DNA of 56,040 nt from a virus (IMGVR_UViG_3300045256_000426:1-56040); one strand, 5' to 3'. Positions 19,319 to 28,039 are shown, counted from the first letter of the stretch. Numbers and translations: made by a program. The notes: generated by a model from the sequence alone, not told the origin.

Positions 19319-19885
19319 CTAGTGGGTCGATAGGGCAAGGATGGGGTATTGCCGGTTGGGAAGGCAGCTGTGGGTACGGAGGGATACCTGGTTGATCCGG
19401 TCGCGAATGCTGCCATGGGTGATCTCGGGCTCGTCGATATCCCGATTGGCGATCTGGGCGAGGTGCCGAAACGTCTGCTCCGCCACCGCCGTGCCGTCGT
19501 ACCCCAGGTTGCACATCCAGGTCGCGGCTAGTACATCGGCCTCCTGTTCCAGGTCCGCGCTGGCCATCTGGTACAGCCGGCCGTCCTGCCACTGGATGCA
19601 GTGCCCGAGCTCGTGGAGGAGAACGAAGAACTGCTCGTCGGGTGGCATCTGTTCCTGTAAACCTGTGGAGAACGCGATCAGGACGTGGACGTTCCCGTTG
19701 TCGTCGCCTTCTAACGCCATGAACGCATTGGGGAAATCGTCGTCATAGGAACCGAAGGTAACGTTCCGGCAGCCTACCCACCGGGCGAGAGTCTGCGGGT
19801 CCCAGCCGGGTTCGAGCGAGACGGCCGTCGGCGTGGTGACTACGCAGAGAGCCACCAGCAAAAAAGCGAGCAAAATACGCCGCAT
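19319..19885 (-). CDS. Exported M48-like (HtpX/Oma1-type) zinc metalloprotease
   Basis: Signal peptide MRRILLAFLLVALCVV; PNAF, VLLHELGH, EQEAD, GYD, THG...RI in M48 order; likely start ATG 19885. Confidence 0.8.
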   Translation of the reverse strand: MRRILLAFLLVALCVVTTPTAVSLEPGWDPQTLARWVGCRNVTFGSYDDDFPNAFMALEGDDNGNVHVLIAFSTGLQEQMPPDEQFFVLLHELGHCIQWQDGRLYQMASADLEQEADVLAATWMCNLGYDGTAVAEQTFRHLAQIANRDIDEPEITHGSIRDRINQVSLRTHSCLPNRQYPILALSTH

Positions 19886-19923
19886 ATAGCATCGCTGGTG
19901 GTCTCTGGTGCAGGACGGTTTTC

Positions 19924-20628
19924 CTACTCGACTGAGAGACCCGCCTGAGTAGGGCCGGTGGGCGCAGTGCCCGAGGAGGGCGGGTGGTCGTGCTCGTCTC
20001 CCCATTTCCACTCGTGGCCTTCCCATCGGAGGACGGCAAAGCCACCGGGGGCAATGGGATCTTCGTCCCGAAGAAGAACCTTCCCGGGGGGTTCGTGGAG
20101 GACACCGTTGACCCCATGTTCGAACAGGGCACGAACCACACGAACGTTCCGGGAATGGGTGATCAGGGCGATCGGAAAGGGAGCTGCCTGTGCGAACAGG
20201 AACAGCTGCGACAAGGCAGAAAGGAAGCGTTCGGCGAAGGTGAGGTAGCTTTCGCCTCCCGGTGCCGGCGTGGCCTTGTCGACCAGCAGCGCTTGGAGTT
20301 TGTCCTTGATGGCGTCGACTGGTTGGCCGGTGTAGCGGCCGACGTCCCACGGCCGGAACGCCGGACTGGGGAGGATGGGGGCCGGGGTCGGGAGGGCCTG
20401 TCGGATAATCTGGGCGGTTTCGATCGCCCGGAGCAGATCCGACGAGAAGAGAACCCGGGGGTTGTAGGTCGCGATCGCCGGCGCGAGCTTACGAACGGTA
20501 GCCTGGCCTTTCGGGTCCAGGGGAACGTTCTGCCAGCCCCGAATGCGCTCCCGGCCGAGATTCAGCGCCGTTTCCCCGTGTCGGACGAGAAGAACGAGGG
20601 GAGACGGGGAGGGTGGTACGTCCGGCAT
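19924..20628 (-). CDS. Histidine phosphatase (phosphoglycerate mutase family)
   Basis: LVRHGETALN, SSDLLRAIETA, PGGES, LITHS motifs. Confidence 0.9.
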   Translation of the reverse strand: MPDVPPSPSPLVLLVRHGETALNLGRERIRGWQNVPLDPKGQATVRKLAPAIATYNPRVLFSSDLLRAIETAQIIRQALPTPAPILPSPAFRPWDVGRYTGQPVDAIKDKLQALLVDKATPAPGGESYLTFAERFLSALSQLFLFAQAAPFPIALITHSRNVRVVRALFEHGVNGVLHEPPGKVLLRDEDPIAPGGFAVLRWEGHEWKWGDEHDHPPSSGTAPTGPTQAGLSVE

Positions 20629-21208
20629 GTTCGAGTATTTTCTTGCGGCCGAGGAGGCGAAGAAGACGGGGATGAACCGCCTCCACGACCTGGGTGTCTT
20701 TGCGTTTACGGCGAGCAGCCCAGGCGGGCGCCATTCGAGCCCGCTTCATGTCGGGGGTGTAGGTAGCCCAGGTACGCTTGGAGAGGGCGGACTGCTTGAG
20801 GAGCCAAAGATGCCGTCGCCGAACGAGGGGGTCGCGGTGGTCCGCACCCGGGGGACACAGGCAGCGTGCTGTACCCCGGTTCCCAGCAGCCTCTGTACGG
20901 GCCGCTAGGGGGTCTAGAATCGACGATCGGCGAGGGGGCCGTACTTGGATATCCCCCAAACGCTCCTGGGGGCGTTTCCGGCCCGCTAGCAGCCGTTCGT
21001 AGGCGGCGAGGTCTTTCTGGAACCGTCGGAGCAGCCTTCGGAGGGGAGGGGAGGAGGAGACGAGGGGTTCTACCTTGCGCCAGGCAACGCTGCGGGGGAT
21101 GCCGCTGGCGAGGTCTTTCCGAAGGCCCTCGACGACGCGGGGGAGAGCGGAGCTACCGGGATCGAGGTCGGGGTTTGCGGGAGGTACGGATCTTCGAGGG
21201 GAGTCGAT
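20489..21208 (-). CDS. Basic hypothetical protein, first gene of the minus arm; probable ATC start
   Basis: Frame open from ~21235; protein-like sequence well upstream of the first TTG at 20959; overlaps the phosphatase gene by 140 bp. Confidence 0.4.
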   Translation of the reverse strand: MDSPRRSVPPANPDLDPGSSALPRVVEGLRKDLASGIPRSVAWRKVEPLVSSSPPLRRLLRRFQKDLAAYERLLAGRKRPQERLGDIQVRPPRRSSILDPLAARTEAAGNRGTARCLCPPGADHRDPLVRRRHLWLLKQSALSKRTWATYTPDMKRARMAPAWAARRKRKDTQVVEAVHPRLLRLLGRKKILEHAGRTTLPVSPRSSRPTRGNGAESRPGAHSGLAERSPGPERPGYRS

Positions 21209-21297
21209 AAGCCACGAATGCTCCGATGGGGGGGACTACGTGGTACCACGATGGGGGGCGGGCACTACACGAGGAACGGGATACTACACCTGCGCAT

Positions 21298-21306
21298 AGT
21301 ATACCA
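21298..21306 (-). promoter_or_regulatory. Extended -10 promoter candidate for the minus-strand arm
   Basis: TGG-TATACT on the minus strand; no clear -35. Confidence 0.45.
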
Positions 21307-21668
21307 TACCGTACCAGATGGGAAAGGACCCGAAATGCCGTGGAAGGTGCCGTCACCACAACGATTCCCCTCGGACACGAGGACCCCTTGACAAGGTACT
21401 GGAACGACTCCTCGGGGCATCGTTGTGGGGGGGACTACGGGGGGACCCCGGTGCTGGAACTACGGGAAAAGACAGGGAAAGGACGGGGGGAGGAGTATCC
21501 CGAAAAAGGGGGTGGGATATCCCAAAAAAGGGGGAGGGGTACTCCGAAAATTTTCTAGGCCCAAAATTCTCGTGATGATCCCGGCCCCGGGGTCCCGTGG
21601 AGCGGTTCCTTGGGGAGTGGGCTCGGCGCTGCATGGCCGCATACCCCACGGGACCAGGGTGGGCAGGG

Positions 21669-21704
21669 TGGGGAAGCGAGGGTAGTGCCATCCCGCCCCG
21701 GGAT
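21669..21704 (+). repeat. 36-bp direct repeat, copy 1 (copy 2 at 22513-22548)
   Basis: TGGGGAAGCGAGGGTAGTGCCATCCCGCCCCGGGAT identical in both copies. Confidence 0.9.
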
Positions 21705-21769
21705 CTCAATACTACGAGGTACCTATCCCGGCTCCCGAGGCTCCCGAGGGAGGAAGGAGGAAGAGGAAG

Positions 21770-22180
21770 ATGATGGAGCAAGACCCGTGGGAAGAGCTGG
21801 ACCGATGCGAGACCGCCGATGAGATCGCGGAGCTGCTGCGGAGGCTCGGTATACGAGGCATCCCCGCGGACCCGCGAGCCTGTCCCCTGGCCGTAGCTAC
21901 CGGATGGAGGGTCGTGGCTGACGCCGCGTGGACGGTTGAGGATGCGGAGACGCTGCGCGGCTACATCAGCAGCGGGTGCTGTAACTACGACGAGCTGACT
22001 CCTGGAGAACGCGAGATAGTACGCTCGCGTTATGGTCGGTCCGACTACCGGCCGGACCACCGTTTCGTCTACTGGGAGCGCGACCTAACGCAAGCGCAGA
22101 CCGACTTCGTTCGTGGGCTCGACTCGGGCGACTACCGCGACCTCCTCCACCGAAAGGCTACCAGGTACGCATACGCCTAG
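21770..22180 (+). CDS. Hypothetical protein, paralogue of 27749..28039 and 25625..25795
   Basis: Strong SD; WEELDxCETADxIAxLLRR...ACPLAVATGW shared with 27749. Confidence 0.75.
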   Translation: MMEQDPWEELDRCETADEIAELLRRLGIRGIPADPRACPLAVATGWRVVADAAWTVEDAETLRGYISSGCCNYDELTPGEREIVRSRYGRSDYRPDHRFVYWERDLTQAQTDFVRGLDSGDYRDLLHRKATRYAYA

Positions 22181-22199
22181 GTCCTGGGTACCGGGGGGA

Positions 22200-22720
22200 A
22201 GGGGGCCCGAAGGGCCCCCCTACCGTGGTACCACGACGTAGTGCCAGTACGTTTAGTGCTACGAGGGTGCTACGTGGGGTACAGGGTACGTGGTACTACG
22301 AGTACTACGTAGTACAGGGTACGATAGGCTAGGGGCCCCTTCGGGGCCCCTTCGGTACCAGGGTACGTGGTACTACGAGGTACCTACGGGTAGTACGTAA
22401 GTACCACGGGGGATACGTAGTTACTACGCAGGGATACCCGTAGTGCTACGGAGTGCTACGGAAGTACGTGAAACTACGAGGGATTTCGTTGTTCCCCCAA
22501 CCTATACGACAATGGGGAAGCGAGGGTAGTGCCATCCCGCCCCGGGATTACCCCCGTAGCACCCCGTGGTGCCCCGGTAGTACCCCCGGTACCCCCCGGT
22601 AGTGCCATTCCGTCCCGGGATTACAAGCTACGCGGGGGTACCGGACGAGGAAACCGTGTTTCCACGTAATAACCCGTACTACGGGGGATACGTAGTGCCA
22701 CGTTATCCCGGGATCTCGTT
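22200..22720. repeat. GTAC/TACGTA-rich non-coding repeat array A with GC hairpins
   Basis: Dense GTAGTAC/GTACTAC/GTGCTACG units; hairpins GGGGGCCC-GAA-GGGCCCCC (~22201-22219) and AGGGGCCCC-TTC-GGGGCCCCT (~22331-22351). Confidence 0.75.
22513..22548 (+). repeat. 36-bp direct repeat, copy 2
   Basis: Identical to 21669-21704; degenerate copies at ~22598-22623 and ~22692-22717. Confidence 0.9.
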
Positions 22721-22729
22721 GTATGCGGG

Positions 22730-23020
22730 GGAAGGCCGCTTCTCTCGGCCCCAAGGTCCCACGGGCAGTACAAGGGACCGTCGGTATCCGAACCCTGCCG
22801 CGAGTATGAGGCAGGCGTGTCACAGGAGAGCAATCGTACTGTACACGGGCTAGACCAGGCGACCGGCGCCGTAGGGCGGCGTGGAACGTGACCATCTAGC
22901 CTACCGGGGAATCGACAGTGTGCGACATACGAAACCTGCCTCGCAATCCCTAGCGGATCGGCGAGAGGCTAGAAGTCTGCCTACGTTCGGACGCTCGAAA
23001 CCGAGTTTCCAGAACGGAGG
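22730..23020 (+). ncRNA. Candidate structured RNA or 5' leader
   Basis: Nested stems 22808-15/22935-42, 22838-42/22915-19, 22848-54/22895-901; hairpin 22755-79 whose loop can pair with 22795-99. Confidence 0.4.
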
Positions 23021-23028
23021 AAGGCAAT

Positions 23029-23970
23029 ATGGCCCCGAGCACCAAGAGCATCGAAGTTGTGGCCCCGCCGACGGTGGTCGAGACTCCCAAGGTCGAGACC
23101 ACTACCTCGGCCGACAACGTTTCGCTGGTCGGTTTCACCCTTGGTACCTTGATCCCGAGCATGGAAAAGGCGGGACTCGAGCCGAAGCTTGAGGCGCGCA
23201 TCGTGGACATCGGTTGCCGCGTGCAGTCGAGACTCCGCGAGTTTGCCCGGTTGCGGTCCGACATCGCCAAGACTCTGCACGCCGATCAGGTTCAGGATGT
23301 GGCCGATCTGCTGAATCTGCTGGTCACGGCGGGCATCCAGGCCGGTTCGGTCGTCTCCAAAGTCAACGAGATTTGGCGGGCGTACCTGACCGGCAGTAAC
23401 GAGGCGCAGTCGATCGTTCCCGCCGTGATCCTGAACGGCGAGGAAGTCGCGGCGCAGCGGACGGTTCCCAATCGCTTCTACCATCAGTTTTTCCGGCGGT
23501 GGAACGATCTGTCGCGGTGGCAGGCGGGAAGCAATTTCTACCGTCAGCCCACCGACACGAATGCCGGAGAGGTGTATCCGAAGGACGGCGTGAAGATCGG
23601 GGATACGGTGTACCATTTCCCGGTCGACGCGCTGCGCGACGGGCACACCCTCTCGTCGGTTCACACAGCGTTCATCAACGTCATTCGGCCACCGAAGCCG
23701 ATCGATCTGGATCGCTACATGGCCGGGCTGGAGTCGGCCGCACGGCGAGCCATGATCAACCTGAAGGTGGTGGTCAAGCCGGAATTGGGCAAGGGCGCAG
23801 GACGCACGGCGCCCCGCCGCCAGATGAGACCGATCGCCGGCAGTCTCCAGGGTATTCGCGGTGCCATGGCCGGGCTGTTGGACATGGCAAAGAAGGACGC
23901 GAAGCTGTACACGAGCATCCGCGAGTATCTCCAGAAGCAACTGGCCGACAGCACGCAGCACACCGAGTAG
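23029..23970 (+). CDS. Hypothetical early protein
   Basis: 313 aa; GGAGG SD; C/G-ending codon bias. Confidence 0.8.
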   Translation: MAPSTKSIEVVAPPTVVETPKVETTTSADNVSLVGFTLGTLIPSMEKAGLEPKLEARIVDIGCRVQSRLREFARLRSDIAKTLHADQVQDVADLLNLLVTAGIQAGSVVSKVNEIWRAYLTGSNEAQSIVPAVILNGEEVAAQRTVPNRFYHQFFRRWNDLSRWQAGSNFYRQPTDTNAGEVYPKDGVKIGDTVYHFPVDALRDGHTLSSVHTAFINVIRPPKPIDLDRYMAGLESAARRAMINLKVVVKPELGKGAGRTAPRRQMRPIAGSLQGIRGAMAGLLDMAKKDAKLYTSIREYLQKQLADSTQHTE

Positions 23971-24073
23971 GAAGGCACCGAGCACGGCAGACGGCACGGC
24001 CTTTCGCCGGTCTACTAGGGATTGCGAGGAACGACGCGAGGGTACGGTGGGAAAGAAAGGCGGATAACTCCAC

Positions 24074-24280
24074 ATGACCACCAAGACGCCCAACATTCTT
24101 GGGAACGATCTCTACGCTCTCATCGTCCGGGTCTACAATCCGAAGGGTGAGAAGATCGAAGAGACTCGCTCGTTCGTCCTCGACCACGACTACGCGCTTC
24201 TTGGGCTGCTCAATCGAGTCCGGCAGCGGCACCCGACGGCGACCCGAGTCACGGCGGACATAGCGCTACCGATGGCGTAG
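24074..24280 (+). CDS. Hypothetical protein
   Basis: 68-aa ORF with coding-like codon use. Confidence 0.6.
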   Translation: MTTKTPNILGNDLYALIVRVYNPKGEKIEETRSFVLDHDYALLGLLNRVRQRHPTATRVTADIALPMA

Positions 24281-24366
24281 CGCGGCGCTTCGACAACCCA
24301 ACCGGATTTCCACCGTACCCCACGCTTCGTTTCCGATGCGGGGCACGGGGGAAGGGATGGTACCGT

Positions 24367-24675
24367 ATGCGTGACTACATCGAGATCGGCCCCGTTCCGA
24401 CCGATGAATCGTGTGAGCAGCTAGGATCAAACTACGACCCCGTGCGGGCAAGGCGCGAGTGCCGAGTGTTCCTCAGACAACTGCGGCGGCAGTTTGGTCC
24501 GGAACCGGAGGGTGCTCAGCTTGCCGTTAAATCGAACGCCCATGACTTCGGTACGTACTACGAAGTCGTGTGCTGGTACGATGAGAACGACGAAACGGCA
24601 ATGGGCTACGCCATTCGGCTCGAAGAGGAAACGCCGTGCAAGTGGGACACCAAAGCACGAGAAGAGCTATCGTAA
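24367..24675 (+). CDS. Conserved-looking phage hypothetical protein
   Basis: IGPVPTDESCEQLG...HDFGTYYEVVCWYD. Confidence 0.75.
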   Translation: MRDYIEIGPVPTDESCEQLGSNYDPVRARRECRVFLRQLRRQFGPEPEGAQLAVKSNAHDFGTYYEVVCWYDENDETAMGYAIRLEEETPCKWDTKAREELS

Positions 24676-24759
24676 ACCGACCCGACCTATTTCGCCGTGC
24701 CCCGCTCGTTTTTCCTGTGGATTGCGAGGCCTCGACGAGAGAAAAGCGTAGGCGAAGCC

Positions 24760-24975
24760 ATGGAACGAACACGTATCCGAGTAGGCGCGGATGGGACGGT
24801 CGTTACGGAATCGCTGCCGCGGACGGTCGAGCATGTATGCCCATCCTGTTTTGGCTTGGGCGTCGTCGTGCGGTCGGTACGCTCCCTCGACGACGGCAAG
24901 ATATGGACGAAAGATGAGCCATGCCCAGCGTGCAAGGGTGGCGGTGCATCCGTGTATACGGGCCTGTACCTGTAG
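24760..24975 (+). CDS. DnaJ-type Zn-finger protein
   Basis: CPSCFGLG and CPACKGGG. Confidence 0.65.
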   Translation: MERTRIRVGADGTVVTESLPRTVEHVCPSCFGLGVVVRSVRSLDDGKIWTKDEPCPACKGGGASVYTGLYL

Positions 24976-25211
24976 CTGGAAACGCAGTTTCCAAAACGAT
25001 GGTGGGCTCTATCCTCCACAACCTTCCTTCGCTCGTCGAGGTTTTCCCTTTGGGCGTCGGGTTGCATCGGAATCGTCGGTGCGTAAAACACGCTCCGGGA
25101 ACGAATCGTTTCCGTCGTGTTCGCCGGTCCGCCACGGCATCCCGCCGCCCAAACCCTTCCCGGATTGCGAGGCACATGCTGGAAACCGGGTTTACAAGAG
25201 GGAGGCACAGG

Positions 25212-25391
25212 ATGATGAAGAAACTCGATGGAATGAAAGGAGTCGTGGTAGCCGGGGCACTCGTGGTACTCGGGATGAACGGAGGGTACGCGTACGGGTT
25301 CCCCGGGGTACGTGAGACGCTCCACGAGCTACTCGTAGTACTCGGGGTGTTCGTAGTATACGGGGCGGTACTCGAAATGTTCGGCTGGTAG
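25212..25391 (+). CDS. Small membrane protein
   Basis: GGAGG SD; two hydrophobic segments. Confidence 0.6.
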   Translation: MMKKLDGMKGVVVAGALVVLGMNGGYAYGFPGVRETLHELLVVLGVFVVYGAVLEMFGW

Positions 25392-25400
25392 GCGGACAAC

Positions 25401-25625
25401 ATGTACACCGTTCGGCCCAAGGCATCCTCGGCCCGGCGCCCGACCTACGCGCCGGGCTCGCGCCTTCCCCGCCCGGATTCACCCACGAATACCTCACGGG
25501 TAGGACGCGCGATGTGGTGCAGCATCTGCTGCACTACCAGGTGTAAACGGGAGCACTCGACGAAAGAGCGGATCGCACGAGTAGTACAAGATACGAAGTG
25601 GGAACGCGTCGTGTACGGGAGGTGA
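25401..25625 (+). CDS. Hypothetical Cys-containing protein
   Basis: CSICCTTRC; stop overlaps the next start. Confidence 0.45.
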   Translation: MYTVRPKASSARRPTYAPGSRLPRPDSPTNTSRVGRAMWCSICCTTRCKREHSTKERIARVVQDTKWERVVYGR

Positions 25626-25795
25626 TGACGGACATGGCGGAGAAGGCCCACATCGCCAAGGCTCTCCGAGCCTGCGACTACCAGCCGAACCACCGTTTCA
25701 TCTACCGGCAGCTCGACCTAACGCAAGCGCAGATCGACTTCGTTCATAGGTTCGACTCGGGCGACTACTGCGACATCCGAGCCCCAAGCGCGTGA
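25625..25795 (+). CDS. Small protein sharing its C-terminal module with 21770..22180
   Basis: GGAGGTG SD; 25675-25774 matches 22042-22141 at 89 of 100 bases. Confidence 0.6.
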   Translation: MTDMAEKAHIAKALRACDYQPNHRFIYRQLDLTQAQIDFVHRFDSGDYCDIRAPSA

Positions 25796-25799
25796 AACC

Positions 25800-26190
25800 A
25801 CGCTGTGGCGGCATGTGAGGTGAGAGAGTCGTGACCGCTAGCGGTCGGCTGTACTCGTCTCATAAGAGTGTGCGGGTGGGCAGGCTATGATATCTACTCC
25901 CTTCCCCTCGCCCCTCTTGCCTACGAGAGGCCGCTAGCTTGTGTGTCGTGAAATCCTGTGCTCACGTGGCCGCCACGCTTTCCTTCGCGCCTAACGGGCG
26001 GCGCGGACCTTGTCCCGGCTCCCGGCGGCATCAAATCGGCGATGGTCGATTGTTGCCGGGCTACCTACCCCACCACATACGGGAGGACGTGAAGGTAAAA
26101 ACTTCACCCCTAGGCACCTCAACACGGGGGAAACCCTGCGGGGTCGGGTGGCCACCGGGGGCCGGGATAGCAACCCAACCCGGGGGAAAG
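25800..26190 (+). ncRNA. Candidate ~390-nt structured non-coding RNA
   Basis: 15-bp stem 25805-19/25961-76; hairpins 25827-50, 26021-60, 26141-81; 13-nt pairing 26013-25/26155-67; no credible ORF. Confidence 0.45.
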
Positions 26191-26201
26191 GAGAAGAGCG
26201 T

Positions 26202-26540
26202 ATGAGTACGCCTCTGAAGGACCTTCGTAAACGGCTGTACCAGGGCCGTGTGTTGCCGGCGCGAGAAGCGGACGTACCCGTCCCACTCGACAACGAGCCA
26301 CGGCGGCGTCTTCGGCGTGTCGTCGGAATGCGCGGAGACAATCCCTTTGCCTCGCGGTTCCGCGACTACGTGCTCAGCCACGGCTGGCGTCAGCGCGAAC
26401 TCGGCGACGTCACCCAGTACAGCCCCAAGTGGGGAGGATTCCACGGACCGTGGTTCGATCTTTCCTCCGCCGTCATCGCCATCCTCCGAGGGGATGACGG
26501 CCGTAGCATGCTGCGACACCAAGGATATCTCCACGGGTAG
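26202..26540 (+). CDS. Hypothetical protein
   Basis: AAAGGAG SD before ATG at 26202. Confidence 0.65.
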   Translation: MSTPLKDLRKRLYQGRVLPAREADVPVPLDNEPRRRLRRVVGMRGDNPFASRFRDYVLSHGWRQRELGDVTQYSPKWGGFHGPWFDLSSAVIAILRGDDGRSMLRHQGYLHG

Positions 26541-26916
26541 CATCGCAGTTCCACGTCGTGGAAACGCGGTTTCCACGTGGCCTAGCAGGCTCGGGCATCT
26601 GGCCACGTTCCACGATCGCCACGCTGTCTACGAAGTCTTCGCGGACGAGCCGGACGTGTGGAAGGTCGAGAAGTACCGCGACGACATTCTGGAGGTCGCG
26701 CTCGTCGTGCGGTGGGATGGCAAGGCGCTACTGTGCGACCCACGGTGTACCGCAGGCCGCTTCGGCAAGCGATGCCATCACCTAGACAAAGTACGAGAAG
26801 CCGTACTCCACACGGAGGAAGGGAGGTGGAACCTCGGTGATTCGCTGGCTCGTCTCGGCAAATCTGCTCGTGTTGTTAGCGCTGCTGTCCATGGCGTCGG
26901 TACGCTACGGGAGTGA
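26494..26916 (+). CDS. SWIM-type Zn-finger protein (start uncertain)
   Basis: CDPRCTAGRFGKRCHH pattern. Confidence 0.55.
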   Translation: MTAVACCDTKDISTGSIAVPRRGNAVSTWPSRLGHLATFHDRHAVYEVFADEPDVWKVEKYRDDILEVALVVRWDGKALLCDPRCTAGRFGKRCHHLDKVREAVLHTEEGRWNLGDSLARLGKSARVVSAAVHGVGTLRE

Positions 26917-27094
26917 GCTCGGTATGGCCGACGCTTGGTATCGCACGGCCATGGTCGAGAAACACGAACGCCGGGTCTGTGAGCAGCGGCACTCCATGTT
27001 GCTAACCGCCATTCGACGGGAAGGGTTATGGCAACGTCTCGGGATGGACAGTCAGCCGTGGCTCGCCGGGAAAGGAAGGGGAAAGGGGGAGTAG
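26837..27094 (+). CDS. Membrane-anchored hypothetical protein
   Basis: GGAGGTG SD, GTG start, hydrophobic N-terminus. Confidence 0.6.
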   Translation: MIRWLVSANLLVLLALLSMASVRYGSELGMADAWYRTAMVEKHERRVCEQRHSMLLTAIRREGLWQRLGMDSQPWLAGKGRGKGE

Positions 27095-27097
27095 GCT

Positions 27098-27367
27098 ATG
27101 TTCGAGTGCGAATACTGCGGTAGTCGGCAGCACCATACGATCGAATGCCCCGAGTGCGAATACTGCGGTAGTGTAGAGCTGGGCAATCCATTCGATCCGT
27201 TCGGCCTCGAAACGTGGTACGATGAAGTCATCCGGTCTGCACAACGGAAGTTGGCGGCCGCGGTCGAAACTGTTCCCGGCTACAGTACCTTTGCCAAGTC
27301 CCAGTGGACATCCGAGCTGGAGCGCATGTGGGCGCTGCCCACGAGGGAGGGGGATGAAGATGAGTGA
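27098..27367 (+). CDS. Zn-finger protein with a duplicated ECEYCGS unit
   Basis: 22-bp repeat CGAGTGCGAATACTGCGGTAGT at 27103 and 27151. Confidence 0.65.
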   Translation: MFECEYCGSRQHHTIECPECEYCGSVELGNPFDPFGLETWYDEVIRSAQRKLAAAVETVPGYSTFAKSQWTSELERMWALPTREGDEDE

Positions 27368-27752
27368 CGACGAACGTTGCGACATGCTGTTCACGTACGG
27401 TACGCTCATGCAAGGCGAGCGGTTACACCACCACCTGCACGGACGAGCGACGCGGGTGGCGACGGCGATGGTCACCGGACACCTGCTGAACCTCGGCCGC
27501 TATCCCGGCCTTATCGCCGGCGACGGCCGTGTCAGCGGCGAGCTCTATCGCGTGGACGATCCGGAACTTCTCGCCACGCTCGATCGTGTGGAAGGGCGCT
27601 ATTACGAGCGCCGACGAACCGACGTCGAGCTCTGCGACGGCCGACGGGCGTGCGCATGGATCTACTGGTACCGTGGACCGCGAGACTACACGACACCGAT
27701 CCCCAGTGGTAACTGGCGAAACCGCGAACCTATCTCGAGGGAAGAAGGATGA
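27360..27752 (+). CDS. Gamma-glutamylcyclotransferase (AIG2-like)
   Basis: LFTYGTLMQG, YPGL, VSGELY, LDRVEG..YERR, AWIY. Confidence 0.9.
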   Translation: MSDDERCDMLFTYGTLMQGERLHHHLHGRATRVATAMVTGHLLNLGRYPGLIAGDGRVSGELYRVDDPELLATLDRVEGRYYERRRTDVELCDGRRACAWIYWYRGPRDYTTPIPSGNWRNREPISREEG

Positions 27753-28039
27753 TGGAGACTAAGCACAACAAGACCCTAACGTGGGAAGAACTCGACAAGT
27801 GCGAGACAGCCGATGCGATCGCGGATCTGCTGCGGCGTCACGGAGTACGTGGCGTCCCCGGCCAGCCGGAAGCGTGCCCACTCGCGGTGGCAACGGGATG
27901 GTCGGTTTCCGGTAGGGTAGCGTGGCTGGGCGAGCACCGTCTAACCCCTGCGGAGAGCGCGTTCGTCGCTCGGGTCGACGCCGGAGAGTATCCGGATTTG
28001 GCGGAGGTGGATCCCCGGGAGTACGGCGAGGGGGCATGA
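27749..28039 (+). CDS. Hypothetical protein, paralogue of 21770..22180
   Basis: Shared WEELDKCETAD...CPLAVATGW and FVxxxDxGxYxDL. Confidence 0.75.
   Translation: MMETKHNKTLTWEELDKCETADAIADLLRRHGVRGVPGQPEACPLAVATGWSVSGRVAWLGEHRLTPAESAFVARVDAGEYPDLAEVDPREYGEGA

Noticed and set aside
22750-22800. HDV-like, pistol or hammerhead ribozyme
   Set aside because: A pseudoknot is possible, but the required P3/L3, AAA linker or CUGAnGA/GAAA cores are absent
22042-25774. Diversity-generating retroelement template/variable repeat pair (also considered for the terminal repeat)
   Set aside because: Mismatches are not confined to adenines of one copy, and no reverse transcriptase ORF is present
26130-26190. 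tRNA, SRP RNA or tmRNA
   Set aside because: No TTCGA T-loop with acceptor stem or CCA end, and no SRP consensus core
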